Assembly (NCBI GenBank): GCA_965216315.1
Contig: CBDCFN010000015.1
Location: 160,001-224,000 of the forward strand
Length of the DNA: 64,000 nt
Reading direction: 5' to 3'
Source: a bacterium
GTDB taxonomy: Bacteria; UBA10199; 2-02-FULL-50-16; JAJFLM01
The notes beneath the pieces were generated by a model. It did no database searches and had not been told where the DNA came from. It worked only from the letters and a program-made list of their open reading frames with translations. The first letter of the stretch is position 1. Every line of letters starts with the position of its first letter. The position numbers were made by a program, and so were the translations under genes. Positions 49,301 through 58,315 of this stretch are shown here, one piece after another.

Positions 49301-50721
49301 CGGCACTTCATCATATTGAAAAAGCGATTCCGCTTGTTAGCACGCCTGATCTTGCTAGACGACGCATGAAAGCTATCGGAAGTAAGGCCGGAATACTCAT
49401 CAACTTAGGGAAATATGACGAAGCGTTGGAATTATACTTAGAAACTGAAAAACTATCTAAAGAACGATTCAAATCCGATTCACTCGCCGAGATTCTATCA
49501 AATTTAGCAATGACTGCGTATCGCTTACATGATCCTCGCGCTAAAGAATTTATGCTACGAGCAAGTGAATTATATATGAAACAGCCGGTAAGATTTTTTA
49601 CGGGTGTTAACTATTTGTATGCTTCTTTAATATACATGGCCGAAGGCAATTTAGATAAAGCACATCAAGCAGCTAACGATTCACTAGGTGTGGCATACAA
49701 ATACGGCAATAATGATAAACTCGCGTCCATGGCATATATGGCAAGAGCGCAGGTATACTTGAGAATGGGAAATTATGCTGATGCACTCGAAGATAGCACA
49801 AAAGCCTATCAGATATTGAAAAAATACAACATGGCGATAGAGGAGTATGACTTGGAGATCATGCTGACACACAGCCGCGTTCTTCATGCCAATGGTCAAG
49901 TTGATGATGGCTGGCATGTTATTGATGCTACAAAAAAAGAACTCAACGAGAGAGCAAAGAAGCTCAGTGACGAAGATCTAAAAGACAGTTTCTTGAACAA
50001 CGTTGAGGTAAACCAAACTATCATACAGTGGTGGGAAACCCTCCGACGAGCATCATCGGCCGATGATCAGGGAGCTTTTGAACGCATCATTGCGCCACAC
50101 CTTCCTTTTCATGTACCCACTGAATTGCCACCGGATATGGCGCGCTACGCCAATCAAGATCCCGGTCGCGTCAGTGGGGATAGTAAATACAACGGCGGAG
50201 CAATTGCGGGTGTGATCTTGAATATCCCTATTGTCGACGCCGTCCGGGGCGTCATGGAAGAGGACATAGAAGAAATCCCCGAAAACCTCGGGAAGCCGGG
50301 CTCGCTCTGGTATGATTACTTATCCGCCCAGGGAATCAGTTGGAAAACGATGAAGCAGGATGGCAAGCCCGCCGCGCTGGTTACCTTTAAACTCGGCCAC
50401 CGCAAGAGAATCGTCGGCCCCGTGCTCAAGGCCATCGAAGCACTTGGTTTTGCGACGAATTATGAGATCAAGCTTGTCGATGACCTGGAGAAGGACGGTG
50501 AAGTCCTGCGCATGACCATGAAAGTCGATCCGGACGAGAGCAACGTCAGTCCCTCGCAGTTCGGCCCGCTTGAATTCAGTTTTGCGATGCTAGGACCAAA
50601 CCGTAGCCTTATCACACTCCATATGAAAGACACAGACTTTACCCAGCATCCCCGGGTGGTCCTACTCGCCTTTGCTAGAATACTACTGCGAAAGGCTAAC
50701 GAATCCCCTCAATCTGAGTAG
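46336..50721 (+). CDS. Class III nucleotide cyclase-AAA ATPase-TPR multidomain protein
   Basis: Zinc ribbon CAVC..CKDC, FGDLSGFS, WGDAIFAVFG, GNQVNIAARLE, GGAGMGKS, LEDLHW and TPRs. Confidence 0.9.
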   Translation: MLALGLQQSALMQSGMLLAGSGLSDFTAISGQISNELRLNIDATDVAQNITPAVEGLVVDESTPATLATAHSMLSHITHGHIPVEHGALENALQSASSIIQLFSMQQRMADTLPDSLTQPPSIIPESRLSHPTSRHLTARLRRASTMSMAPVTLEGQENVSHCAVCESANDISHQFCKDCGFPMMEVEEISPQKIDGTMIFGDLSGFSSYVEKTTEDVLFPTINEIQAGLAAQVLSMGGYVIGYWGDAIFAVFGMDKHREDDAERAVRCALRMQQFMQQRNAGLAEENQIHLRLGINTGRVSKGIMGGAGRKILTVLGNQVNIAARLEPLAKPGGIVISRATMLRTSHAFEENYEGLTQVKNIIEPVEYYEVTGEKPGAIVGTRRGEEVQFMGRTTELVELEARHKLVTDLKKPHFTLIEGGAGMGKSRLVEEFLATLPSVKGHSLIAARGENLPALRPYRVMINALRRLANIDDTDELEDAREKLRTLVRLALGTSDELEFIEQVLGNLIGLSYEEMHPRMEVLVSDAKALRDETFEALIALFEGLSRNQNIILLLEDLHWFDPGTESLIRSMMDRLEDRAIHVIGLARPRYRSGNPELLTGEYSVDRIILDRMDETTLIEMFDQISRTPLDDEERSFVLDESGGSPFMVQEIARGIRDDWKIVKDETTGRMGFQSPDGKSVTMGAEALLLARVDGLPPDEREILEAAAVVGGTFTYRDLEPILGGYDEHSLENLAGAQLLLRVGEGEYQFYHAMLRDAVYNKIGQRVAKMHRLIAQGMLACNSNDLPAIASHFERGNRDIKAARFYYKAAKKAYLREGENESAIKFYTTVYGLSVAERPELALKALIGLSEVSLSYSRYNEALEYILKGQDLLDREDISTEVIGKYYYQYATVLLNRRDEKNYADTAIDVAKDGLKLFTPSEQSLSKAWLLHFIGRTYTYEQQKYALGEKYTKAALQLALSVGDDEIIAECHVDLVVLAMQHSDYVTALHHIEKAIPLVSTPDLARRRMKAIGSKAGILINLGKYDEALELYLETEKLSKERFKSDSLAEILSNLAMTAYRLHDPRAKEFMLRASELYMKQPVRFFTGVNYLYASLIYMAEGNLDKAHQAANDSLGVAYKYGNNDKLASMAYMARAQVYLRMGNYADALEDSTKAYQILKKYNMAIEEYDLEIMLTHSRVLHANGQVDDGWHVIDATKKELNERAKKLSDEDLKDSFLNNVEVNQTIIQWWETLRRASSADDQGAFERIIAPHLPFHVPTELPPDMARYANQDPGRVSGDSKYNGGAIAGVILNIPIVDAVRGVMEEDIEEIPENLGKPGSLWYDYLSAQGISWKTMKQDGKPAALVTFKLGHRKRIVGPVLKAIEALGFATNYEIKLVDDLEKDGEVLRMTMKVDPDESNVSPSQFGPLEFSFAMLGPNRSLITLHMKDTDFTQHPRVVLLAFARILLRKANESPQSE

Positions 50722-51124
50722 AATTGAGACGAAGTTTTTCTGTCGTCACGGTATCCGTCGATAGAACTCCCGAATATTTACTGACCAGACTGTTCGTTTG
50801 ACGAGTATTGAGATCGATCGAACTCCACTTGCCATCCGTGTTGCGCAGATAGGCCCGATCGTTCCAGATAAACATGAATTTACTGCCTTCAGAAAATTGA
50901 ATCATCTTACTATCGCTGAACAGCAAACGACCTTTATTATTATCCAGGTGAATCGTGATGCCATCACCCGTCGTGGCATTGAGGCGTTCCGACGTGAACG
51001 AATCTAAATTATTACCCAAGTCACCAAAGCCACTTTTTGAGAGCCATTGCATGGCTAAGGCATTTTGTGAACTGATCATCGTAACAACCAGGGCTACCAA
51101 TAGGCTACGAACTACTTTCTTCAT
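50696..51124 (-). CDS. Secreted hypothetical protein
   Basis: MKKVVRSLLVALVV..ALA signal peptide; GGGGGAG SD. Confidence 0.7.
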   Translation of the reverse strand: MKKVVRSLLVALVVTMISSQNALAMQWLSKSGFGDLGNNLDSFTSERLNATTGDGITIHLDNNKGRLLFSDSKMIQFSEGSKFMFIWNDRAYLRNTDGKWSSIDLNTRQTNSLVSKYSGVLSTDTVTTEKLRLNSTQIEGIR

Positions 51125-51180
51125 TTTAACACTCCCCCGAGTATTTAGTGACTAATCGTTAGTTTACGCCTGCAATTCGA

Positions 51181-51196
51181 TGCAATGGGGATGCCA
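51181..51196 (-). promoter_or_regulatory. Sigma-54 promoter
   Basis: TGGCAT-CCCCA-TTGCA upstream of CDS 51124. Confidence 0.7.
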
Positions 51197-51558
51197 GATA
51201 ATCCACAATTGTGGATAAACTTATATTCTCCTTATATATCAGTTAGTTATCATTATTTTTGGCTGGGTAAATTATACATCTTTTGGGCGGGGATTTCCTC
51301 TCAAAATGATAAAAATTATCATAATGATAAGGATTTGTGCACTTTTCTGACACCTCTAAGGTGGCGAAATCTTGTCCATTTTGGGCGAAATCCGTGTCGG
51401 ATTTGGGTGCGATTAGGGGGTCTTATCAGAGACGCCGCCGGAGCTGGCGAGTGGGATTTTACCCTGAGATAAGAGTCCGCAGATTGGGGAGCGGACCCCG
51501 CAAATTTCCGGAAAACGGTTGGCACGCTTGCAAGACGTGCCAACAATGAGCGTTGGTC

Positions 51559-54500
51559 TTACCTTACCAAGGTACAACCTGCCGCGCCGCCATAATACGG
51601 AGTCGACGGCCGCGGGGATTTTGGTACTGGCGTAACTCCGCCACCTCCAAGCGATTCACTCGCGGACGTTGCAATCTGGACGGAAGGTAGACTACCGCCA
51701 CCATGATCGATGTAGGTCGCTACCGGATTTGGCGTCGAGGCCTTGAGAATCACGGCATTCGCAGTCGCCTTGGTATTGGAATCAATCCATAAGAGAGATT
51801 CGTAACGCGCCTCAATGCTCGGTGCGAACTCTATCGATACCTCGATCGATTGACCTGATTGTACGGTAAGCCGGTCGAGATTCACGGCAAAGACATCACG
51901 ACTGACTCCAATCTCGTTTATTATGAGCGGCTCATTCCCAACATTTCTAATCGTGAAATTCTGAGAAACGCTTTCTCCCACGTTGACGACACCGAACTGA
52001 AGTTGTCCATCGGATAACTCCAGCTTGGCATAGGAGCTATCGCGAACAGAAACACTGACTGTATCAGTACTGAAGTGGCCATTTCCGTCGGAGACCTGAA
52101 CTTGGAAACGCAGTTCCGTATCTGCTTTGACCGTTGGCGCTGTAAATGAAGGCTGATCAATCTGTGTATCGTCTAGAGTCACGGTTGGGCCGGCAATCTG
52201 CTGCCAACTGAAACTCAAGAGATCCTTATTCGGATCCGTACTAGCACTCCCATCCAGGTTGACCTGATCCCCTTCATCGACTTTTTGGTCGACACCAGCA
52301 TCTGCCCGCGGAGCCTGAGTTCCATCTACAACAAAGACCTTCACTTCATCTTGACTCGACTGCCCATCACTGTCCTGCACGCTGGCCGTCAGGGTATGCT
52401 CGCCCTCAGTTAGAACAACCGCTAAGGGATTCCCCATTCCGAGCGTTCCATCTAAATTGGATTGCCAGGATACCGCCGATCCGGGCAAGAGACCATCTTC
52501 CAGATCAAAGACCTCTGCTTGGAGTGATGCGGACGCGCCGGATAAATGCGTCGCGTTCTCTTGAGGCGACAAAATCGCGATATTTGGCACCTTCCGATCG
52601 ACAGTGAATGGAGACGACTCGACTGTCCGCGTGATGAATCCATCGGTCACCATGACGCGAACTATACTCTGCAAACTACCTGCGAGTTGACTCGCATCAT
52701 AATGAAATTCCGTTCCACCAATATCAACACCCAGTGTCTGAAAGGTCTGCCCTCCATCCGCACTGTAGGACACCGTCGCAAGCAAAATATCTTGATCTTG
52801 ATCCTCCGCCAGCCAACGAACAGTAAGGACACCACTGTAATGTTCGCCACCCTGAGGCTCTAATAGTTCCAACTGCGGCGCATACGAACTCTGGGTGCGT
52901 TCCGCAACGACAGCACCATCTTTAATGATTTGAACCTTTTTCAAGTTATCAAATGCCGGTGCGGCTATCGAAAAGAGGGAACGATCATTCGCCTCATCGT
53001 TGCCTTCTTGTTCGCCGGAATCTACATCAACCGCGAGTGGATATTCCAATAAGATTGACCCGTCATTATCAACCAAACGCAACGAATAATCCGCCAGGAT
53101 CTCATCATTCGGTTGATCGGGCACGGACTCGGCACTATACAAGGGATCCAGTAATTGATCATTGACACCAACGGACCCGGATATGAGCACGACGGGTTCT
53201 TGAAGGCTATTGCATTCACTCGTCAAGCATGAAACGGCGTGTGCCGGATCACTATTGAGATCCCGCAGAGAATTGAACAACGACAACCATCTCTTCGGGT
53301 TGATCCAACGGCGGTACGAAGCGTTTCCTTCATAAGACATAAGGTCAATGTATCCAAACCCTGAGCAATAGGGCACAGAGCATCCCTCACAACTATTCTG
53401 GCTAAAACAACATTCATGCCATGCAATATATTGATCCGTGCAAGACTTCCACTGATCAGTAGGGACCGGCTTCCGTGCTTTCATTAGCTCCGTATCAAAT
53501 CCAACTTCGGCTATCGTACCATCTTCCGGTAAGTGTCCATCTGGATAATTAACTGGGCAACTATAAGCCTCAGGAACATGTGTATGACAGAGACCATAGG
53601 TGTGTCCAATTTCATGCGCAAACGTGGATTGAGCACGTTGGGAATCACCATCATTGTATCCTACTGCAACACGACCGGGAATCGATTGAGCAAAGCCGGC
53701 AGTGCTGCCAAGACTTCTCGACAACCAGCCATAAGTCCGGTCCGGTGCATCTTCGACACCGATATGAGAGGCGACAAAAAGACCCCTGAGAAGATTGTAG
53801 GTACTACTCATCCATACGTAGGAGAGTGGCGGTCGCCGGACGTAGTTGAGTCCTTTAACGGGAAAGATTTTCTTAAAGAGTTCCGGCCCTTCGAGCATTT
53901 CCGTTTCGGAGGGCATCGCATGCAGCAAATTGCCATAGATATCGGTGCCAACAATAGGAATATAAAAAATCGTTGGCTTATAGTTATCTGTAAAAACAGC
54001 CGCCCGCGACAAGATGTTGTTTGAGGTATTCGTTTCCGGCATGCGAGGAACGCGCGCCCCGCTTATCGGGTTAATCTCGACCTCAAATTCAAAATTATAG
54101 GGGATACAGTCCGGACAGTTGGTCACTGAGACCGGTACGGCGAAATTAAGTGAGTGTTTCTCATTCGCACGGTCATTGATGGCGTGCGCCGTGATCGGAC
54201 CGTTGTGCGATTGAAAGGGAGATCCCGACACCTCTTCCCCTAAACGATACACGCGTAATACCGCGTCAACGTTTTGGACGATATCATTGGAACCTGCACC
54301 CCCAGTCAATTCAATTTGCGGATAGGCGCGCACGACAGTCTTTTTGCCCGCAACCATTGGTAAATTATTCATCTCATCCTGGATACTTTGAGTGACTTCG
54401 ATACTAGCTAAACTCAGATCGAGAGAAGAGACCCCTTCGCCGCTGAGATTGACAGCTTGCACCGGTGTATCGGCATCATTCGAACTGATCTGCAATTGAG

Positions 54501-56151
54501 CGTTTACCCCTCCGACGGTTTGAGGTTTATAGCGCACTTGTAATGTTCGCGTATCGCTCACCGGCACGCTTAATGACGTTGTCAATGGCTGGAATGCTGC
54601 ATTGGCACAGGTGACATTCGTAATTTGCAAGGTCTCATCACCCACATTAGCAATATCAAGATCGATGGTCTGAGTCCCCGCATTCTCCGGATCTCCCGGA
54701 TTGATCAACACGCTCCCGAAATCAGCAGACGCGGCGCTATTAATTTCGGGACTCACCCCACGCCCGGTTAAATTGACCGCCAGGTTGGGGATGGCCGGAT
54801 CGTTGCTGTGCACAATTAATGTGTCATTAATAGCAATATGACTCGTCGGGTTAAAACGAACCGCAAAAGACCGATTACTTCCCGAGGTCAGGGAGGCCGA
54901 ACCGGGCTCAACGACAATCATCCCGTTAGGAGTCGAAAAACTACTGATCGTCAAGGTTCCAGGGCCGTCATTTGTAACATTTAGCTGTAAAGTATCCGTT
55001 GTCCCAATGTGCACATCCCCATAATCGAGATCGAGTGTCGACGGATTAATCCAAGGGATCGCCGCCGCTCCAGTCAGGCTGATCGTCTCGGTCGCATTAG
55101 CCGGGTCATTCGTATCAAAACTAAAGGTCCCAACTTTGGCTCCCGTCGAGGCCGGGGAAAAAGTCAACTCGATCGTCGTCTCGTCACCCGGCTCAATACT
55201 AGTATCACCTGGAGGCGCATAGGAATATGAACTTCCCGTCATACCCAATGATGTCAGATAAAGCGTCGTTGAATTAGCCCAGTTCTGATTTTTGATCGTA
55301 AACAACTGGCTAACATTTTCACCGACGGGTATCGTTCCATAATCATGACTTATTGGCGTCACCTCGACGTAAGGCGCCACACCTGTTCCATCGAGTCCAA
55401 TGCCCAGCGTTCCCGTATCAGGGTCGTTGCTATTGATTGTTAAGTTATTGCTATTCGCTCCACGGACACTCGGGGTGTATCGAACACTGAGTATACGTTG
55501 ATTGCCGGGGGCGACGCTGAAACTCGTTGGAGTTACACTAAACGGTACTGACGCTGTGATCGAAGTGACATTAAGAGTTGCATCCCCGACGTTGTAGACG
55601 GTTAAATTTTGGGTGGTTTGCTCCCCAACTTGTGAATCACCAAAATCTACACTGGTCGCACTCACATCGATGTTCGGCTTTGGTTGATAGCCAATCCCGG
55701 CAAGCGTCAGCTCGACAGGCGTCACTTTATTCCACCCTGGCAAATTACCTCCACCAATCAAGTTGGTGACCGTCATGTGCACTGTATCCGCAAAAATAGC
55801 TTCCGTATTGGGCTGAAAGGTAATACTAACTGTTTCTTGTTCACCGGGATTAAGTGAAAGTGAGTTCTTGTCGATTGAAAAACGTGGATTACTCGAAGTG
55901 ATATTTACTTGGGCAACGTTCGGCGTATCGCAGTTACAGACACATGCTCCATCTTCTACGATGTAAGGACGATTGTAACGGACAGTCATCTGGATAGTTT
56001 TCTGATCCCCTACATCAACCGCACCGAAATCAATTGCTGTAACGCTAGGAGCTAGACGCGCAACAAAACATAATGCCGCCTCGGCGGAAGAACTCAGCAA
56101 TAAAATAATAAGACAAACGACCCCTACGAGAAGATTGCGAAGACATAACAT
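51559..56151 (-). CDS. Large surface protein: repeated choice-of-anchor D/ASH Ig-like domains, zinc metallopeptidase and PKD domains
   Basis: Signal peptide, repeated DFG.V..G / N.G..L.I / SNDP motifs, HEIGHTYGLCH, ADAG.DQ..LDGSASTDP and C-terminal AAGCTLVR. Confidence 0.88.
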   Translation of the reverse strand: MLCLRNLLVGVVCLIILLLSSSAEAALCFVARLAPSVTAIDFGAVDVGDQKTIQMTVRYNRPYIVEDGACVCNCDTPNVAQVNITSSNPRFSIDKNSLSLNPGEQETVSITFQPNTEAIFADTVHMTVTNLIGGGNLPGWNKVTPVELTLAGIGYQPKPNIDVSATSVDFGDSQVGEQTTQNLTVYNVGDATLNVTSITASVPFSVTPTSFSVAPGNQRILSVRYTPSVRGANSNNLTINSNDPDTGTLGIGLDGTGVAPYVEVTPISHDYGTIPVGENVSQLFTIKNQNWANSTTLYLTSLGMTGSSYSYAPPGDTSIEPGDETTIELTFSPASTGAKVGTFSFDTNDPANATETISLTGAAAIPWINPSTLDLDYGDVHIGTTDTLQLNVTNDGPGTLTISSFSTPNGMIVVEPGSASLTSGSNRSFAVRFNPTSHIAINDTLIVHSNDPAIPNLAVNLTGRGVSPEINSAASADFGSVLINPGDPENAGTQTIDLDIANVGDETLQITNVTCANAAFQPLTTSLSVPVSDTRTLQVRYKPQTVGGVNAQLQISSNDADTPVQAVNLSGEGVSSLDLSLASIEVTQSIQDEMNNLPMVAGKKTVVRAYPQIELTGGAGSNDIVQNVDAVLRVYRLGEEVSGSPFQSHNGPITAHAINDRANEKHSLNFAVPVSVTNCPDCIPYNFEFEVEINPISGARVPRMPETNTSNNILSRAAVFTDNYKPTIFYIPIVGTDIYGNLLHAMPSETEMLEGPELFKKIFPVKGLNYVRRPPLSYVWMSSTYNLLRGLFVASHIGVEDAPDRTYGWLSRSLGSTAGFAQSIPGRVAVGYNDGDSQRAQSTFAHEIGHTYGLCHTHVPEAYSCPVNYPDGHLPEDGTIAEVGFDTELMKARKPVPTDQWKSCTDQYIAWHECCFSQNSCEGCSVPYCSGFGYIDLMSYEGNASYRRWINPKRWLSLFNSLRDLNSDPAHAVSCLTSECNSLQEPVVLISGSVGVNDQLLDPLYSAESVPDQPNDEILADYSLRLVDNDGSILLEYPLAVDVDSGEQEGNDEANDRSLFSIAAPAFDNLKKVQIIKDGAVVAERTQSSYAPQLELLEPQGGEHYSGVLTVRWLAEDQDQDILLATVSYSADGGQTFQTLGVDIGGTEFHYDASQLAGSLQSIVRVMVTDGFITRTVESSPFTVDRKVPNIAILSPQENATHLSGASASLQAEVFDLEDGLLPGSAVSWQSNLDGTLGMGNPLAVVLTEGEHTLTASVQDSDGQSSQDEVKVFVVDGTQAPRADAGVDQKVDEGDQVNLDGSASTDPNKDLLSFSWQQIAGPTVTLDDTQIDQPSFTAPTVKADTELRFQVQVSDGNGHFSTDTVSVSVRDSSYAKLELSDGQLQFGVVNVGESVSQNFTIRNVGNEPLIINEIGVSRDVFAVNLDRLTVQSGQSIEVSIEFAPSIEARYESLLWIDSNTKATANAVILKASTPNPVATYIDHGGGSLPSVQIATSASESLGGGGVTPVPKSPRPSTPYYGGAAGCTLVR

Positions 56152-56202
56152 GACCCACCTCCCTTGTCCCTAGTGAGCGAAATGATCCCATGACCAAAGC
56201 GC

Positions 56203-56229
56203 GTTTCGAATTTTTTTGAATTAAGTTGC
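56203..56229 (-). promoter_or_regulatory. Sigma-28-like promoter (weaker) GCAAC-N14-TTCGAAAC
   Basis: About 50 bp upstream of CDS 56151. Confidence 0.4.
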
Positions 56230-56438
56230 TAACGCGATGCGCTAACGGTGCGGATAAACTGATACAAAGCTTAATACTAATGAGACAGAGTTCTAACGGT
56301 CCGTGCACGATACACCCTCCCCGTAGTCCGTCACTTAACGTGACTTACTCTGCGATTGGCATGTATCCCCCTTACATAAGCCTGATGACACTTCCTTAAC
56401 TTTTCTTGGCAGGGATTCATTCAGCACCCCGCCTGTTA

Positions 56439-57164
56439 TTACTCAACCGATACGCTGTAATGGATACACTGGCGTTCCGATTCTGGTAACTGAAACTCTT
56501 CACCGAGCGACTCAACATCCTCAAAACTCAGCTTAAAAAGACCTTGCTGGGTAAGAGCATACAAGCTCTTTTCATCTGCCAGGTACTCAAAGTCACTGAC
56601 GATGTCCGGTAATCCGTCGCTCCACTGCTGCCAACCGAAGCCGTCCTCAAAGAAATAAACGCCATCATCAGAGGAAAGGGCAACAACACACCGCCCAGCT
56701 ACTGCAAACTTGATGGCCTTAAGAACCGGCGTCGGCGCATCATCCGGCAGGTCGTAAAAATATTTTTCCTTGGTAATCAAATCACCCGGGTCGCGTTCTT
56801 CCCATTGGCCCGGCGCTACCTGCTTAACGACTAACTCACCTCCACCACACATCATCGGAGGCAAAAAATCATCGAACGAGCACTGAAACACTTTGGCTAT
56901 GTAGACGACAAATAGCTGCTCTGCCCATACGTAGAGCCTTTCGAGACGATCCAAATCGTCTATCTCATCAAGCCCCGCAACCGCCTGCCACGATGACAAC
57001 AATGAAGCAAACGACGACGGTTCTTCGGAGGCAGATGAGTTGCCGGCATTCGCACTCGGATTGGTTGTTTGTTGATTATTATCTTGCTGACAAGACATTG
57101 CAGAAAAAGAGATCATGATCCCCATAAGAAGAGCTAAACCCGTATTCAGAATCTGTTTCATCAT
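56439..57164 (-). CDS. Hypothetical lipoprotein, paralog 2
   Basis: AMSC lipobox; shares LERLYVW, KQVAPGQWEERD and SDDGxYFFEDGFGW with 57202-57921. Confidence 0.8.
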   Translation of the reverse strand: MMKQILNTGLALLMGIMISFSAMSCQQDNNQQTTNPSANAGNSSASEEPSSFASLLSSWQAVAGLDEIDDLDRLERLYVWAEQLFVVYIAKVFQCSFDDFLPPMMCGGGELVVKQVAPGQWEERDPGDLITKEKYFYDLPDDAPTPVLKAIKFAVAGRCVVALSSDDGVYFFEDGFGWQQWSDGLPDIVSDFEYLADEKSLYALTQQGLFKLSFEDVESLGEEFQLPESERQCIHYSVSVE

Positions 57165-57201
57165 GTGTAACCGCCTCCGGAGACTATCCGGATTTCATGC
57201 A

Positions 57202-57921
57202 TTAAAATTCTATCGTAACGTTCGTTTCCTTACATAAACGTTCGGACGTAGGAACTTGCATCTCCTCCGCCAAGGCCTCAATGCCGTTCAAGTCAAGCCG
57301 GTAAAGCTCATCCTGAGTCACGGCATACAGAATTTTTTCTTCCGGTACATAGTCTATGTCTAAAATCTCATAACCCTGTATGCCCTCGCTCCACTCCTTC
57401 CAACCGAATCCATCCTCGAAGAAATAAATACCGTCATCGGAGACAAGAGTGATAATACAGCGCCCTTCGATGGTAAATTGCGTGGTGGCCAACACGGGGG
57501 CAGGTGAGTTCTCTGGCAAGATGTCTACCGTTGATTCGTCGGCAATATAGGCATCGGTCAGGTCGCGCTCCTCCCATTGACCCGGTGCAACCTGTTTAAT
57601 CACGACTCTCTTGTTTTCACAGATAGAGGACACATCATCAAAAAAACACTCAATTTCTTTAGATATATACTCAACAAATAAGAGACCCGACCACACATAC
57701 AGTCGTTCAAGTGTCTGAACATCATCGAGAAGTCCAACCTCTGTCCACGATGAGAGAAATGAGGAAAACGAACGAGCTTCCGGGCTTGATTCTGAATTCT
57801 CGGGGTTCACGTTCACATCATTTGGATTATTTTCTTGCTGACAGGCCGTCGTAGTAAGGATGCAGGTGCACGAAATGATGAGTAAAAAGTTTCGAAAGAC
57901 CTCTTTAATATAACCCTTCAT
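57202..57921 (-). CDS. Hypothetical lipoprotein, paralog 1
   Basis: TTAC lipobox; tandem paralog of 56439-57164. Confidence 0.8.
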   Translation of the reverse strand: MKGYIKEVFRNFLLIISCTCILTTTACQQENNPNDVNVNPENSESSPEARSFSSFLSSWTEVGLLDDVQTLERLYVWSGLLFVEYISKEIECFFDDVSSICENKRVVIKQVAPGQWEERDLTDAYIADESTVDILPENSPAPVLATTQFTIEGRCIITLVSDDGIYFFEDGFGWKEWSEGIQGYEILDIDYVPEEKILYAVTQDELYRLDLNGIEALAEEMQVPTSERLCKETNVTIEF

Positions 57922-57950
57922 TGAAACTCCCTAAAGACCTCGCGTGAGAC

Positions 57951-57977
57951 TTATCGACAAGCCAGTAACAAAGTTGC
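57951..57977 (-). promoter_or_regulatory. Sigma-28-like promoter GCAAC-N14-GTCGATAA
   Basis: 30 bp upstream of CDS 57921. Confidence 0.6.
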
Positions 57978-58315
57978 TGACGCATAGCAATAAAAGCCAA
58001 TAATAGAGCGGCTTTTTCGAATTCTTATAAACACGCTGCTGGTGATATACTGAGGATTAACTGTGGATAAGTCCCATCTTGGACAAATTCGTATCCATAA
58101 AAAATCCTCTTAAAAATATATCAATTTAGTCATTAATCCCCCGAGTAAAATGCACACGGCATGCCAACCACTTAGTGACGCTATCTTACTGAAATAACTG
58201 CCTAGAGATCAGATCTTGTATCCTCACGGGAACAAACACCGTCTCAAATTGCGTCGGAAGCGTTTCATTTTGAGACGGTTTGCAAGTCTGCCGAAATAAA
58301 CTATAAATACAGCCT

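Noticed and set aside
51520..51532. TGGCACGCTTGCA as a sigma-54 promoter
   Set aside because: The GG-GC spacing is wrong and no gene follows on that strand.
58151..58166. TGGCATGCCGTGTGCA (minus strand) as a sigma-54 promoter
   Set aside because: Weak -12 context and 230 bp from the next start; left uncalled.
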